Shown here: positions 20,022-30,755 of the stretch, piece by piece
Layout of the letters: each line of letters opens with the position of its first letter
Position numbering within the stretch: position 1 is the stretch's first letter
Assembly (NCBI GenBank): GCA_934148995.1
Contig: CAKPDM010000003.1
Span: forward strand, 66,148 to 130,147
DNA length: 64,000 nt
Reading direction: 5' to 3'
Source of the DNA: an uncultured Bacilli bacterium
GTDB taxonomy: Bacteria; Bacillota_I; Bacilli_A; RF39; UBA660
The notes under the pieces: model-generated
Databases searched by the model: none
Seen by the model: only the letters and a program-made list of their open reading frames with translations
Told to the model about the DNA's origin: nothing
Program-made: the position numbers and the translations under genes

Positions 20022-20568
20022 GAAAAAAGTATTATGGGCTTTGGGTATAGTTTTCCTTTTATTAGTTATTGTTGTTATTATCTATTTTGTAATTGGGTAT
20101 AGAAATGACCAGATAGAGTCAAAGAAAAAAATTGATAGTGTGGTTAGTAGTTACAATACTTTTAAAGAACATATTGATAACTTTAATAAAGAACGTGATA
20201 ACTTCTATCAAGTAGTAATGAAAGATATGTATTACGAAGATTTAAAAAATAATGATACTAAGTATAAAGAGATAATTGAAAGTTATACGGAAACGATTGC
20301 ACCGTTAGAAGAAGATTATAAAGCGTTAAAAGATAAATGTGTTGATATCTTATATCCTGATGTTTCTGTTAATAATAAATGTGAAGCCTTTGTAATCGGA
20401 TATGAGAAAGCAATTAATTCTTATGTAAGTGATATTAAAAAATATAATGATAATATAAAAGATTATAATGATTTACTAGATGAAAATGGCGAGAAGTTAG
20501 AAACTGTTAAGTTAACAGTTGATTATATTGATGTAGATGGTGATAGAAAATATTTAGGAAAGAACTAA
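20002..20568 (+). CDS. hypothetical single-pass membrane protein
   Basis: ORF with an N-terminal TM helix. GGAGAAAG SD before ATG 20002. Confidence 0.5.
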   Translation: MDRKNSKKKVLWALGIVFLLLVIVVIIYFVIGYRNDQIESKKKIDSVVSSYNTFKEHIDNFNKERDNFYQVVMKDMYYEDLKNNDTKYKEIIESYTETIAPLEEDYKALKDKCVDILYPDVSVNNKCEAFVIGYEKAINSYVSDIKKYNDNIKDYNDLLDENGEKLETVKLTVDYIDVDGDRKYLGKN

Positions 20569-20578
20569 AAGGTGAACT

Positions 20579-21670
20579 ATGGAAGATTTAGAAAAAACAG
20601 TTGTGATGCCAAGTATCAAGAAAGAATTAAAAGAAGAGAAAGAAAAAGCTCTAAAGCAAAAGAAAAAGAGTAAGATAAAACCTATTCTTGCTAGTTTAGT
20701 TATTATTGGTAGTAGTTTAGGACTATTCCTTTTCTATGGACCTTTTAGTTTCTTTAGAGAGTTTTGGATAACTTCAGCAATGACAACTATGACTCATCAA
20801 TATTTGGCTACTTGGTTTTATAGTGATGATGTTATAAGTAAGGTAATGGCGAAGAATCAGTTAGTAGAAGTAAATGATACTACTAATCCAGAGTTAGTTA
20901 ATATCAGTGATTATAATACTAATCAAACTATTTACAAAAATGAATATGAAAAACAAATCTTAGAACATGAAGAAAATGCTTTATATAAAGTCATTGATAT
21001 TAAAGGAGCTTCTTACCAAGGTTATTTAGTAGCAATTTATGACCCTTCAAGAATATCAATCGCAACTACTAAGTATTTAGGTAAAAGAGGAGAAGCTATT
21101 ACCACTGTTGCAAAAAGAGAAAATGCTATTATTGCAATGAATGCGGGTGGCTTCTATGACCCTGATTGGAACAGTAATGGAGCACTTCCGCATGGCACAG
21201 TTATTTCTAATGGGGTAGTAGTAAGTGACTTTGATGATGCCAATATGGGTGGTGGCTTTGTTGGGTTCACTAAAGAAAATAAATTAGTACTTGGTAAGTT
21301 TACGAAAGAACAAGCTGTTAGTATGGGAATTCGTGATGCCGTTGAATTTGGACCTTTCTTAATTGTTAATGGTAAGAGTAGTTTCGTTAAAGGAAATGGT
21401 GGTTGGGGTATCGCTCCAAGAACTGCCATTGGTCAGCGAAGTGATGGAATAGTTCTCTTCCTAGTAATTAATGGTCGTCTTGCTACAAGTATTGGAGCTG
21501 ATATGGGTGACTTAACTGAGATTATGGAAAACTATGGTGCGGTTAATGCTGCTAATATGGATGGTGGAAGTTCTTCTGAGTTAGTTATTAATAATAAGAT
21601 AGTAAATCATCCGGTTGCAGCAGGTACTAATGGTTTAAGAGACATGCCTACTTTCTGGGTAGTAAAATAG
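20579..21670 (+). CDS. phosphodiester glycosidase (DUF2233/NAGPA-like) family protein
   Basis: AMNAGGF...HG.VISNG...FGPFLIVNG...PRTAIGQRSDG...NMDGGSSS pattern, with an N-terminal TM anchor. Confidence 0.7.
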   Translation: MEDLEKTVVMPSIKKELKEEKEKALKQKKKSKIKPILASLVIIGSSLGLFLFYGPFSFFREFWITSAMTTMTHQYLATWFYSDDVISKVMAKNQLVEVNDTTNPELVNISDYNTNQTIYKNEYEKQILEHEENALYKVIDIKGASYQGYLVAIYDPSRISIATTKYLGKRGEAITTVAKRENAIIAMNAGGFYDPDWNSNGALPHGTVISNGVVVSDFDDANMGGGFVGFTKENKLVLGKFTKEQAVSMGIRDAVEFGPFLIVNGKSSFVKGNGGWGIAPRTAIGQRSDGIVLFLVINGRLATSIGADMGDLTEIMENYGAVNAANMDGGSSSELVINNKIVNHPVAAGTNGLRDMPTFWVVK

Positions 21671-21730
21671 CACTTAGGTGCTATTTTTGTAATTCTTAAG
21701 GAGAGATAATATTAGAAAAGAGATGGAAAA

Positions 21731-22207
21731 ATGAAAATTAATTATCACAATGAAGATTATAGTACTGAATTATTCAATATAATAATATATATATTAATTC
21801 TAATTTTTTTGATAGTATGGTCAATATTTACTGGAGTTGATATTGGTTCACTTATATTTATAGGAATTTGTATTACCTTTATCATTATTATGCTGTCTTT
21901 TTCTATTAGGCAGTATTTGAAAAAGAAAAATCAGAGAAATTTAAATTTATTTATTATGAAAGAAGGTAAATTAATTCAAGGTAAAATTATTAGAATATAT
22001 GATAATAACAATAATGGTTTTCCAATAGAAAATAAAAAAACGATTCATAATGTAACAGCAGAAATTGAATATACAATTAATAATGATAGAAAAACTATTA
22101 TTGCTGATCACCTAGCAATTAATGTAAATAGATTAGATAACTATACTAGCAAGCAAGTGAAAATTTATGTATATAATAATATGAGTTATATTGATATTAT
22201 TAATTGA
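21731..22207 (+). CDS. hypothetical membrane protein
   Basis: Two N-terminal TM helices. No recognisable motif. Confidence 0.45.
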   Translation: MKINYHNEDYSTELFNIIIYILILIFLIVWSIFTGVDIGSLIFIGICITFIIIMLSFSIRQYLKKKNQRNLNLFIMKEGKLIQGKIIRIYDNNNNGFPIENKKTIHNVTAEIEYTINNDRKTIIADHLAINVNRLDNYTSKQVKIYVYNNMSYIDIIN

Positions 22208-22289
22208 TAAAATGAAGCTTTTTTAATAGAAAACTTTCTATTAAAGATTTTTATAAGTATACTTAAATATAGGGAGCAGGAGTGTATAG

Positions 22290-22746
22290 ATAATTGAACA
22301 CATCATAATAAGACAAGCAATATTAAACGATTTGAATGTAATCCAAAACTTAAACTTTGAATTGTTTAAGTTGGAAAAAGAAAATTATGATCCAACTTTA
22401 GTAATTGACTGGCCTCTATCTGAAGAAGGAAAAAAATATTTTGAAAATTTGATTAACAATGAATATGTTATTGTTGCAATAATAAATAGTAATATAGTAG
22501 GATATTTAGCTGGAACAATTAACGAGCAGGTTTCATATGAGATGAAGCAGTATGGCGAGATAAACAATATGTTTGTATGCGATGAATATAGAGGATTAGG
22601 AATCGGGAAAAAGTTAATTGATAAATTTAAAAAATATTGATAGTTTAAAAGTAGTAGCAAGTATGAAAAATATCAACGTCATAAAATTCTATAAAAAACA
22701 AGAATTAAATGAATTTGATATTACTTTAACATCAAAAATTAAATAA
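22290..22746 (+). pseudogene. GNAT N-acetyltransferase, apparently frameshifted and lacking a canonical start
   Basis: GNAT motif A RGLGIGKKLI lies in the tracked ORF (22332-22640). The expected C-terminus (NVIKFYKKQELNEFD) continues in the +1 frame after an A-run near 22630. The N-terminal IIEHIIIRQAILND stretch has only ATA/ATT codons as possible starts. Confidence 0.55.
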
Positions 22747-22854
22747 AAAAATTTATTATCAAAAGTATCTAATTACACTTGATCATTAAGGAATAAGGCA
22801 GATACCAGCTTTAGAATTTCTAACTGGTGAAATAGAATTGTAGGAGTAGTAAAA

Positions 22855-24720
22855 ATGGTAGAAGAATTAACAAAAGATGAAATGATGGCAGAAGCGCTAT
22901 CAAATAATGAAATACTAGATAGTGTATGTAAAATAGCTACTAATAAAGATTTCTTTGTAGCAAAAGGAGATAAGAAAACAAATCTTGCTGATTGTTTAGC
23001 CGATTTAAGTGATGATGTAATAGATATGTTATATACAAGTTATCAAACAGTTCTAATGAAAAATAAAAATTTAAAAGATTTAACTAGTAGAAAAGAAAAA
23101 GAAGAAAAGCTAAAACAATTAATACCAGAATGTTTTAAAGATTATGAAAAAGGCATCGATTATGCTGAAATAAAAACAATCGAAAAATTATTAATAAATA
23201 AAGCCAAAAAGGAAGAAGTTTTTGATTTTCTATGTGATGGTTTTGCTTATCAATATAGAAAAGATAATAATGATATCTTTGTTTTACCAGATGAATTAGC
23301 AACTATCTATCAAGAATTAAAAGATAATGGGGTAATTGCTAAAAGAGTAGAAGAAATAGGACAAATTTATTTTTCAACTTATCTATTAATTAATGGTGTA
23401 GTAAAAAAGACAGTTATGTATGATATTTTAGTTAATCATCATAAATTACCTTTAACTGAAGAACAAATGGAATCTTTCTTTGAAAAAGAGCTTGATACTC
23501 CGGACTACTATAGTCTTGGTGGGGAAGAGTTAGTAGAACAATTATCAATAATCAAAAATGAAAAAGCTTATTTAAGATTTACTGATGCTGAAATAAATGA
23601 CTATTTTGAATTTATTACTTCCGTTATGAAAAAACTTAGAAATCTATTAAATAATAATCATAAGAATCAAGCACTTGTCTATATGATGATGATATTATCT
23701 TCAGAACTAGATGGTGAAGCAATCAATGATTTAAATTTATCAAAGAAGGAAACAAAAGCTGTACAAGAATTATTAGAAGAATATAAATCTGAGATAAGAT
23801 ATTGGTGTTATGATGGTAGAACAATAGGAGAAGCTGATTTTCTAGAAATAGCAGAAGATGTTGCATTTAAAGAAAAATTAACTCCTTCTACTATTGAAAA
23901 CTGTTTAGCAAATGTTGATGAGTTATATTATGATGAGGCATTATCAAAAGATGATGCTTTAGAAAAATTAGATGAATTATTGGATAGATATATTTATATA
24001 AAACATTTAGCAACTCTTAACAATAAAAGTATATATGAAATAAAAGAAAGTTTTGATTACTTTAGTAAAGGTCTAATATTCTTTTATCATGATGATGATG
24101 TAAAAGACCAATACTTAAATACTTTAGTAACTGACTATCTAGAAATGAATGCAGTTCTTCGTAAAGAAAAGTTACAAGAATTGTTAAAAAGTAATGCCTT
24201 TACAGTTGATATTAAAGAGCTAGATAAATTAGTTAAAGATAATGATTATTATATTTTAAATGACAACTACTATAGTATTTTTGATGAAATGGATGACGAG
24301 GACTTAGGAGAACTATTAAAAACTAAAGATAAATTTTCTAAGTATAAAACAGCAGATTTAGCAAAGTGTAGTGAAGAATTTGATTTTTATGAAAAGCTTT
24401 GGGAATTAGTAAATACTGATATTTCTGATAATAAAGACGAGTTATTTAATGAATTAAGACTTCTTGCTAAAAATAATGGTTTTAGTAAAAGTAATTTAGA
24501 AGAGTTAGCATATAATTATGGTATTAATTTATCAGTTAAAGTTAAAGATAAGCTACTAAAACTATATAATAATTATAAAGATTCAATTGGTATTTGGGAA
24601 TATAACGGTTATACAGCTACCGAATATCTTGCTATGAGAAAGGAAACTAAAAAAGTAGGTCGTAATGAACCCTGTCCATGTGGTTCAGGACTTAAATATA
24701 AAAAATGTTGCGGTAAGTAG
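22855..24720 (+). CDS. SEC-C motif protein of unknown function
   Basis: C-terminal [19 protein letters not shown]. The remainder is unrecognised. Confidence 0.6.
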   Translation: MVEELTKDEMMAEALSNNEILDSVCKIATNKDFFVAKGDKKTNLADCLADLSDDVIDMLYTSYQTVLMKNKNLKDLTSRKEKEEKLKQLIPECFKDYEKGIDYAEIKTIEKLLINKAKKEEVFDFLCDGFAYQYRKDNNDIFVLPDELATIYQELKDNGVIAKRVEEIGQIYFSTYLLINGVVKKTVMYDILVNHHKLPLTEEQMESFFEKELDTPDYYSLGGEELVEQLSIIKNEKAYLRFTDAEINDYFEFITSVMKKLRNLLNNNHKNQALVYMMMILSSELDGEAINDLNLSKKETKAVQELLEEYKSEIRYWCYDGRTIGEADFLEIAEDVAFKEKLTPSTIENCLANVDELYYDEALSKDDALEKLDELLDRYIYIKHLATLNNKSIYEIKESFDYFSKGLIFFYHDDDVKDQYLNTLVTDYLEMNAVLRKEKLQELLKSNAFTVDIKELDKLVKDNDYYILNDNYYSIFDEMDDEDLGELLKTKDKFSKYKTADLAKCSEEFDFYEKLWELVNTDISDNKDELFNELRLLAKNNGFSKSNLEELAYNYGINLSVKVKDKLLKLYNNYKDSIGIWEYNGYTATEYLAMRKETKKVGRNEPCPCGSGLKYKKCCGK

Positions 24721-24750
24721 CATAAAAGAAAGGTATTAACAGAAAAGAAT

Positions 24751-25188
24751 ATGTTTAGGATATATATGAAGAGGTTTTTAACTATTGTAGGAAGCACAAT
24801 AGTATCATTAATATTAACATTTGTACTAGCTGAATTATTAAGTTTATATCACTTTGGAACGGTTCCAACAACTCTAACTATAATATATTTAGTTTCTTTA
24901 TTTTGTATTTTTGAATATTTAATACTTGCGGTAAAGTTTATTATTAATAAAAAGAAGAATCATCAAACAACTTCACATAAAAATATCTTTAGTATGATTT
25001 TATTCTTCCTCTCCTTACTACTAGTTTTGTATTTCATTTTTGCTACAAATATTGATTGGTTAAATTGTTATTCAAGAGGAGATTCTGCACCATTTTATTT
25101 GACAATAATAACTAATGGAATAAAAATCTTAATACCATCTATTATTTCATTCTTATTAGGTATATTTATATCAAAGAAGAAAAAGTAA
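24751..25188 (+). CDS. hypothetical polytopic membrane protein
   Basis: Four hydrophobic segments. The start may instead be ATG 24766. Confidence 0.45.
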   Translation: MFRIYMKRFLTIVGSTIVSLILTFVLAELLSLYHFGTVPTTLTIIYLVSLFCIFEYLILAVKFIINKKKNHQTTSHKNIFSMILFFLSLLLVLYFIFATNIDWLNCYSRGDSAPFYLTIITNGIKILIPSIISFLLGIFISKKKK

Positions 25189-25460
25189 TGTACAAATACT
25201 TATTAAAGATACAAAAAAGCATATAAGAAAGCATACAAGATAATCAAATGATAATTATAAAGAAGTTAATCATATATATAAATGATTTAAAATAATATAC
25301 GTTTTTTATGTTATGACTGCGCTTAGAAAGAAACTGTTTTTTATGAATGATTAGCAGTATAAGTTAACATACTTTAACACATATTCTTAAGAGTTTAGAA
25401 GTAATTAATTGTCAGTACTTTTTAGTTAATGTATAATATAAATAGAAAGGAGTAATTAAG

Positions 25461-26144
25461 TTGGAAGTAAAGAAAAACAAGAATGTAGGTTTAATCATCA
25501 TTGTAATTATTTTATTATTAGCATGTATCGGAATGGGAGCATTTATCTTTATCAATAAAGATAAACTAACAGCACAGAAAAACACTACTACAACAATAAC
25601 TAATGATAATAAGAACGTAGAAGATAAAACAACAGAATGTGCTAAGATTAACTATGATCTTGATACAGATCAATATGGTTTCTCAACAAATGTTGTGGGA
25701 ATTAGTGTTTCAGTAGATAAAACAAGAAAAACTGCACGAATTTCATATAATGGTGCTACTGTTTCTAATGCGCTTGGTTTAAATTGGGTTACAGCTACAG
25801 ATACTTCTACTTATGAACTAATTGACACAAAGTCTTTCGATAAGAAAATAGTTCAAGTCTTAATCGATGGTTCCGGACAAGATGCTAGTAGTGTTGCAAT
25901 TTTATATTTAATGGAAGATGGTACTGTTGAATATGTTCCTATTCTAAAAGATATAAATGCTAATTGGAGTCAATCTGATAATACTAAGAAATTTAACTCT
26001 TATGGTAAGCTAAATGAAATATCAGATATTATTAGCTTAGTACCTGCAGAAGCACAAGGATATCATACTGTTCTGGCTAGAAAAGCCGATGGAACTGTAA
26101 TTAACTTAGCTGATACATTTAAAGCAACTGGAAATTTTAATTAA
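25461..26144 (+). CDS. hypothetical membrane-anchored protein
   Basis: AAAGGAG SD, TTG start and an N-terminal TM helix. Confidence 0.5.
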   Translation: MEVKKNKNVGLIIIVIILLLACIGMGAFIFINKDKLTAQKNTTTTITNDNKNVEDKTTECAKINYDLDTDQYGFSTNVVGISVSVDKTRKTARISYNGATVSNALGLNWVTATDTSTYELIDTKSFDKKIVQVLIDGSGQDASSVAILYLMEDGTVEYVPILKDINANWSQSDNTKKFNSYGKLNEISDIISLVPAEAQGYHTVLARKADGTVINLADTFKATGNFN

Positions 26145-26170
26145 AAAAGAATTGTTTTCAATTCTTTTTT
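26145..26170 (+). terminator. rho-independent terminator
   Basis: AAAAGAATTG-tttt-CAATTCTTTT followed by a T-run. Confidence 0.7.
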
Positions 26171-26251
26171 CGTACATAAGAGAAAAGTGCTATCTGAAAT
26201 GTTTAACTAGTAGAAATTAAAAGTTAGTTGCAAATTTTAAGCAATATTTCT

Positions 26252-26280
26252 TTGACAAACAGCTACTTTTATAGTATAGT
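26252..26280 (+). promoter_or_regulatory. sigma-A promoter of rpsO
   Basis: TTGACA, 17 nt, TATAGT. Confidence 0.6.
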
Positions 26281-26372
26281 ATGTACAGTTACCTGTTCCA
26301 ATATTAAGCAGTTCTTCCTACTACTTTTTATTAGAATATGGTGTATTTAAAAAAAGAAAGGAAGTGTTAAAG

Positions 26373-26642
26373 ATGGCTTTAACAAAAGTTGAAAAACAAC
26401 AAATCATCAAAGAATTTGCAAGAGATGAAAAAGATACTGGTTCAACAGAAGTACAAATCGCTATTTTAACAAAAGAAATAGAGAAGTTAACAGCTCACTT
26501 GAAAGAACACAAGCACGATTATCATTCAAACCGTGGACTTTTAGTGAAGGTTGGACAACGTCGTAGCTTACTTAAGTATTTAGCTAAAACTGATGTACAA
26601 AAGTATCGTGAAGTTGTTAAAAAATTAGGACTTAGAAAGTAA
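26373..26642 (+). CDS. rpsO: 30S ribosomal protein S15
   Basis: [33 protein letters not shown]...[13 protein letters not shown] 26373 follows AAAGGAAG. Confidence 0.95.
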   Translation: MALTKVEKQQIIKEFARDEKDTGSTEVQIAILTKEIEKLTAHLKEHKHDYHSNRGLLVKVGQRRSLLKYLAKTDVQKYREVVKKLGLRK

Positions 26643-26667
26643 CACTAGATACTAGTGTTTCTTTTTC
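26641..26667 (+). terminator. rpsO terminator/attenuator ahead of pnp
   Basis: AACACTAG-ata-CTAGTGTT followed by TCTTTTT. Confidence 0.6.
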
Positions 26668-26690
26668 TATAGAGTAGAAATGAGGTATAT

Positions 26691-28832
26691 ATGAAGAAAG
26701 TATTTGAACTTGATTTTCATGGGAGAAAGATAGTTGTAGAACAAGGAGAATTAGCAAAACAAGCAACTGGTTCTGTTTTAGTTCGTTATAATGATACAGT
26801 AATACTTACTGCCGTAGTAGTAGGAAAAACAGCTAACTTATTAAGTGACTTCTTTCCATTAACAGTTAATTATCAAGAAAAACTTTATTCTGTCGGAAAA
26901 ATCCCTGGTGGTTTTATTAAAAGAGAAGGAAGACCAACTGATGCTGCTACTCTTGCAGCTAGAATGATTGATCGTCCAATGCGCCCTTTATTTAAAGAAG
27001 ATTTTAAACATGAAGTTCAAATTATTAATACAGTGTTATCAGTAGACCAAGATTGTTCACCAGAATTAGCTGCTATGTTTGGTTCAAGTCTTGCAACAAT
27101 GTTAACAGGAGCACCATTTGCAGGCCCAGTAGCAGGGGTAAAGATTGGTTATATTAATAATGAATTTGTTGTTAACCCTACACAAGAAGAATTAGCAGAA
27201 AGTACGCTTGACCTTACGGTTGCTGGTACAATTGATGCAATTACTATGGTAGAAGCAGGTAGTAAAGAACTAGATGAAGACACTATGCTTGATGCTTTAA
27301 TGTTAGCTCATGAAGAAATTAAAAAGCTATGTCAGTTCCAATTAGATATTTTGAAGAATTATGATATCAAAGAAATGGAATATGAAAGAATAGAAATTGA
27401 AGATGAGTTAAGAAGTGAAGTAGAAAGTCTTTGTTCTAAAGATATCGATGAAGCTTTAAGAATTAAAGCTAAACAAGAAAGATATCAACGTTTAGATGAA
27501 ATTAAAGAAACTATTCTAGATAAATATAAGGAAGAAAATAAAGATTTAGAAGATATTGATGTTTTACTTTATAAAGTAAATAAAATAATTAGTGATATAG
27601 AATATGAATTATTTAGAAAAATAATTGTTAAAGAAAAACTAAGAAGTGATGGTAGACGTTTTGATGAGATTAGACCGCTTAGTGCTTCTATCGATTTATT
27701 ACCAAGAACTCATGGTTCTGCATTATTTACAAGAGGTGAAACACAAAGTCTATCAGTAACAACACTAGGAGCTTTAGGAGAACATCAAATCTTAGATGGA
27801 CTATCTTTAGAAGATGAAAAAAGATTTATGTTACATTATAACTTTCCACAATTTTCAGTTGGTGAAACAGGAAGATATGGAGCACCAGGAAGACGTGAGA
27901 TAGGCCATGGAGCACTTGGCGAGAGAGCATTATTGCAAGTTATTCCAAGCGAAGAAGAATTTCCTTATACCATAAGGGTTGTATCAGAAATATTAGAAAG
28001 TAATGGAAGTAGTTCCCAAGCCTCTATTTGTGCTGGTTGTATGAGTTTAATGGCAGCAGGAGTTCCTATTAAAGCACCAGTAGCAGGTATCGCCATGGGA
28101 CTAATCACTCATGATGATGATTATATAATTCTAACTGATATAGCAGGTATGGAAGACCACTTAGGAGATATGGACTTTAAAGTAGCAGGTACAGAAGAAG
28201 GTATTTGTGCTTTACAAATGGATATAAAGATTAAAGGAGTTACTAAAGATATCTTAAAACAAGCCTTAGCACAAGCTAAGAAAGCTCGTCATGAGATCCT
28301 TGGAGTAATAACTTCTACCATCAAAGAACCAAGAAGTGAAGTATCCAAATATGCCCCTAAGACAGAAACATTTTATATTTCTCCTAATAAGATAAGAGAC
28401 GTTATCGGTAAAGGTGGAGAAATGATTACTAAAATCATTTGTGAAGCAAGTAATGTCAATGATGTTAATAGTATTGGAGCAGTTAAAGTTGATTTAGAAG
28501 ATGATGGTAGGGTAATTATTTATCATAGTGATAAAGAAGTGATAGATAAAACAAAAGAAATGATCTTAAATGTTTCAAGAGAAGTAGAACAAGGAAAGAT
28601 TTATTCCGTTAAAGTTTTAAAAATAGAAGACTTTGGCTGTGTTATTGAATTATGGCCAGGTTGCGAAGGCTTTGTTCACATCTCACAATTAGATAAGGAA
28701 CGTGTCAATAAGACAGAAGACGTTGTAAGTGTAGGAGATACAATCTTAGTTAAAGCAATGGGATTAGATAAAAGAGGAAAACAAAGCTTTTCAAGAAAAG
28801 AAGCAATGAAAGAAATGAAACAGTCAAAGTAA
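26691..28832 (+). CDS. pnp: polynucleotide phosphorylase
   Basis: Two RNase PH domains, then KH (GKGGEMITKI) and S1 (GKIYSVKVLKIEDFGCVIEL) domains. Classical rpsO-pnp order. Confidence 0.95.
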   Translation: MKKVFELDFHGRKIVVEQGELAKQATGSVLVRYNDTVILTAVVVGKTANLLSDFFPLTVNYQEKLYSVGKIPGGFIKREGRPTDAATLAARMIDRPMRPLFKEDFKHEVQIINTVLSVDQDCSPELAAMFGSSLATMLTGAPFAGPVAGVKIGYINNEFVVNPTQEELAESTLDLTVAGTIDAITMVEAGSKELDEDTMLDALMLAHEEIKKLCQFQLDILKNYDIKEMEYERIEIEDELRSEVESLCSKDIDEALRIKAKQERYQRLDEIKETILDKYKEENKDLEDIDVLLYKVNKIISDIEYELFRKIIVKEKLRSDGRRFDEIRPLSASIDLLPRTHGSALFTRGETQSLSVTTLGALGEHQILDGLSLEDEKRFMLHYNFPQFSVGETGRYGAPGRREIGHGALGERALLQVIPSEEEFPYTIRVVSEILESNGSSSQASICAGCMSLMAAGVPIKAPVAGIAMGLITHDDDYIILTDIAGMEDHLGDMDFKVAGTEEGICALQMDIKIKGVTKDILKQALAQAKKARHEILGVITSTIKEPRSEVSKYAPKTETFYISPNKIRDVIGKGGEMITKIICEASNVNDVNSIGAVKVDLEDDGRVIIYHSDKEVIDKTKEMILNVSREVEQGKIYSVKVLKIEDFGCVIELWPGCEGFVHISQLDKERVNKTEDVVSVGDTILVKAMGLDKRGKQSFSRKEAMKEMKQSK

Positions 28833-28848
28833 AGTGACTGCTTTTTTC
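28821..28848 (+). terminator. pnp terminator
   Basis: CAGTCA-aagtaaag-TGACTG followed by CTTTTTT. Confidence 0.6.
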
Positions 28849-28910
28849 TTGCAAAAGGACTAGTATAATTAAAAAAAATTTGCTATACTTTAACTAGATT
28901 AAGAAGATAG

Positions 28911-30536
28911 GTGATTAAATTGGCAGAATTTAAAAGAAGAAAAAAAAGACAAGATTTTAAAGAAAAAAATTATAAAAATAATACTAATGACTACCACGAA
29001 ATATCTTTAACAAAAATGGGTAAAAGACAGTTAGTGCTCACTGTATTATCTATTTTTGGAGTAACAATGTTGTCAATAGGCAGTACCTTCGCTATATTTA
29101 CAGTATCATCTAAATCTGCCGAATACAATGTAATTAAAACAGGTACTTTAAACATCAACTTTGCAGCAGATGCATCCTCAACCGTAGGACTTAATAATGC
29201 GCTACCAATGTCTGATACAGATGGCTTTGCACAGTCAGGAACTACTTTCACCATAACAAACACCGGAAGTCTACCTGCAAATTATTCGGTATCTTTAAAA
29301 GATGATACCGATATGGTAACCCAAGATAATTGTAGTGCTAAGCAATTAGCAAAAACAAATATTAAATACAGCTTAGACGGTTCAACCGCCAGTCTTTTAT
29401 CAACAGCAATTGATAGTGAATTAATAAGTGGAACATTAAATTCAGGAGAAAGTAAAACATTTACCTTAAAACTATGGATAAAAGAAGATGCTACTAACGA
29501 AGTATTAAATAAACATTATCACGGAAAAATAGTAGTAGATGCTATACAAGAAGGTGCACCAGTTCTTGCTACTACAGCATTAATTAAAAAAGCAAATCCA
29601 GAAAGCTTAGATTATAATAGTGCAACAGATGAACAAAAGAATCAAATGTGGACATTTACTCATGAAGCAACAACTCAATTAGGAGCAACTACAGATTATC
29701 GTTATATCGGAGCAAATCCTAATAACTACGTCAAATTTAATGATGAATTATGGCGAATAATCGGTGTCTTCGATGTCGATGATGGAACAGGGAAAATAGA
29801 GAAAAGATTAAAGATTATAAGAAATGAATCAATAGGTAATTATTCGTGGGACAATAAGGATACATCAACAGGAGCAGAAACTGATTATGGAAAAAATAAT
29901 TGGCCTGACGCTAGACTTAATTATTTACTAAATGAAGACCATGATAGTGAAACCTATGGTGGAAGTTTATATTGGAATCGAAAAAGTGGAACTTGCTATA
30001 TAGGTCAAAATAATGCAACTACTTCCTGTGATTTCACGTCTGCTGGTTTAAGTGATAGTGCTAAAGAAATGATCGGGGATGCCAAGTGGTACTTGGGAAG
30101 TACTGCTAGTTATACTAGCTCATCAAACGGATTAGCATCACATTTTTATGGATATGAGAGAGGAACAACAGTATATAGTGGAAGAAGTACATCATGGATA
30201 GGAAAAGTAGGATTAATGTATCCAAGTGATTATGGATATGCAACAAGTGGAAATAGTTCCACATCAAGAGCAACATGCTTAGCCAAAGCGATGTATAGCT
30301 GGGATGGAGCAAGTGCATGTTATGAAAATGATTGGTTGTCTAAATCCAGTTATATGTGGTCCCTTTCGCCTTACTCGTCTAATGGTGGCTACGTGTTCGG
30401 TGTCCGCAGTAGTGGGTATGTCTACCGCGATGATGCGAACTATGCTTACGGCGTGTGGCCAGTCGTTTATCTAAAGTCAACAATTAAGGTGACCACAGGA
30501 ACAGGAAGTAGTGATTCACCATTCATTCTAGAATGA
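28911..30536 (+). CDS. secreted protein: TasA/camelysin-like N-terminal domain plus C-terminal lectin-like domain with an A-depleted 3' tract
   Basis: Signal anchor ending SIGSTFAIFT, then KTGTLNINF and NALPMSD...TFTITNTGSLPANY (compare TasA GGGTWAAFND...SGTLDL). C-terminus WSLSP...GVWPVVYLKS. The start is uncertain: GTG 28911, TTG 28920 or ATG 29016. Confidence 0.65.
   Translation: MIKLAEFKRRKKRQDFKEKNYKNNTNDYHEISLTKMGKRQLVLTVLSIFGVTMLSIGSTFAIFTVSSKSAEYNVIKTGTLNINFAADASSTVGLNNALPMSDTDGFAQSGTTFTITNTGSLPANYSVSLKDDTDMVTQDNCSAKQLAKTNIKYSLDGSTASLLSTAIDSELISGTLNSGESKTFTLKLWIKEDATNEVLNKHYHGKIVVDAIQEGAPVLATTALIKKANPESLDYNSATDEQKNQMWTFTHEATTQLGATTDYRYIGANPNNYVKFNDELWRIIGVFDVDDGTGKIEKRLKIIRNESIGNYSWDNKDTSTGAETDYGKNNWPDARLNYLLNEDHDSETYGGSLYWNRKSGTCYIGQNNATTSCDFTSAGLSDSAKEMIGDAKWYLGSTASYTSSSNGLASHFYGYERGTTVYSGRSTSWIGKVGLMYPSDYGYATSGNSSTSRATCLAKAMYSWDGASACYENDWLSKSSYMWSLSPYSSNGGYVFGVRSSGYVYRDDANYAYGVWPVVYLKSTIKVTTGTGSSDSPFILE
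30357..30472 (+). other. adenine-depleted, GC-enriched tract (candidate DGR-type variable region)
   Basis: By hand count, about 16 A in about 116 nt. Codons such as tcg, gtg, ggc, cgc and gcg are rare elsewhere in the window. The tract encodes WSLSPYSSNGGYVFGVRSSGYVYRDDANYAYGVWPVVY. Confidence 0.45.
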
Positions 30537-30577
30537 GAGTGATGAGATCTTAAAACTTCGACTAATACATAAAATAG

Positions 30578-30617
30578 ATCTAAAGTTATTTAAAAGATTG
30601 ACTTTAGATTTTTTTAT
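30578..30617 (+). terminator. rho-independent terminator
   Basis: ATCTAAAGT ... ACTTTAGAT followed by TTTTTTT. Confidence 0.6.
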
Positions 30618-30755
30618 GAGAAAAGATAAATTATCAGGATAAAAAAACTGGTAGCATGTTTATTTTTAGAACTTGAAAATTTAACAGATGTTTCAAATAT
30701 ATAATATTTTTATCTAGATTTATGATATATTAGTTGTAGTTAGTGAGGGATTAAT

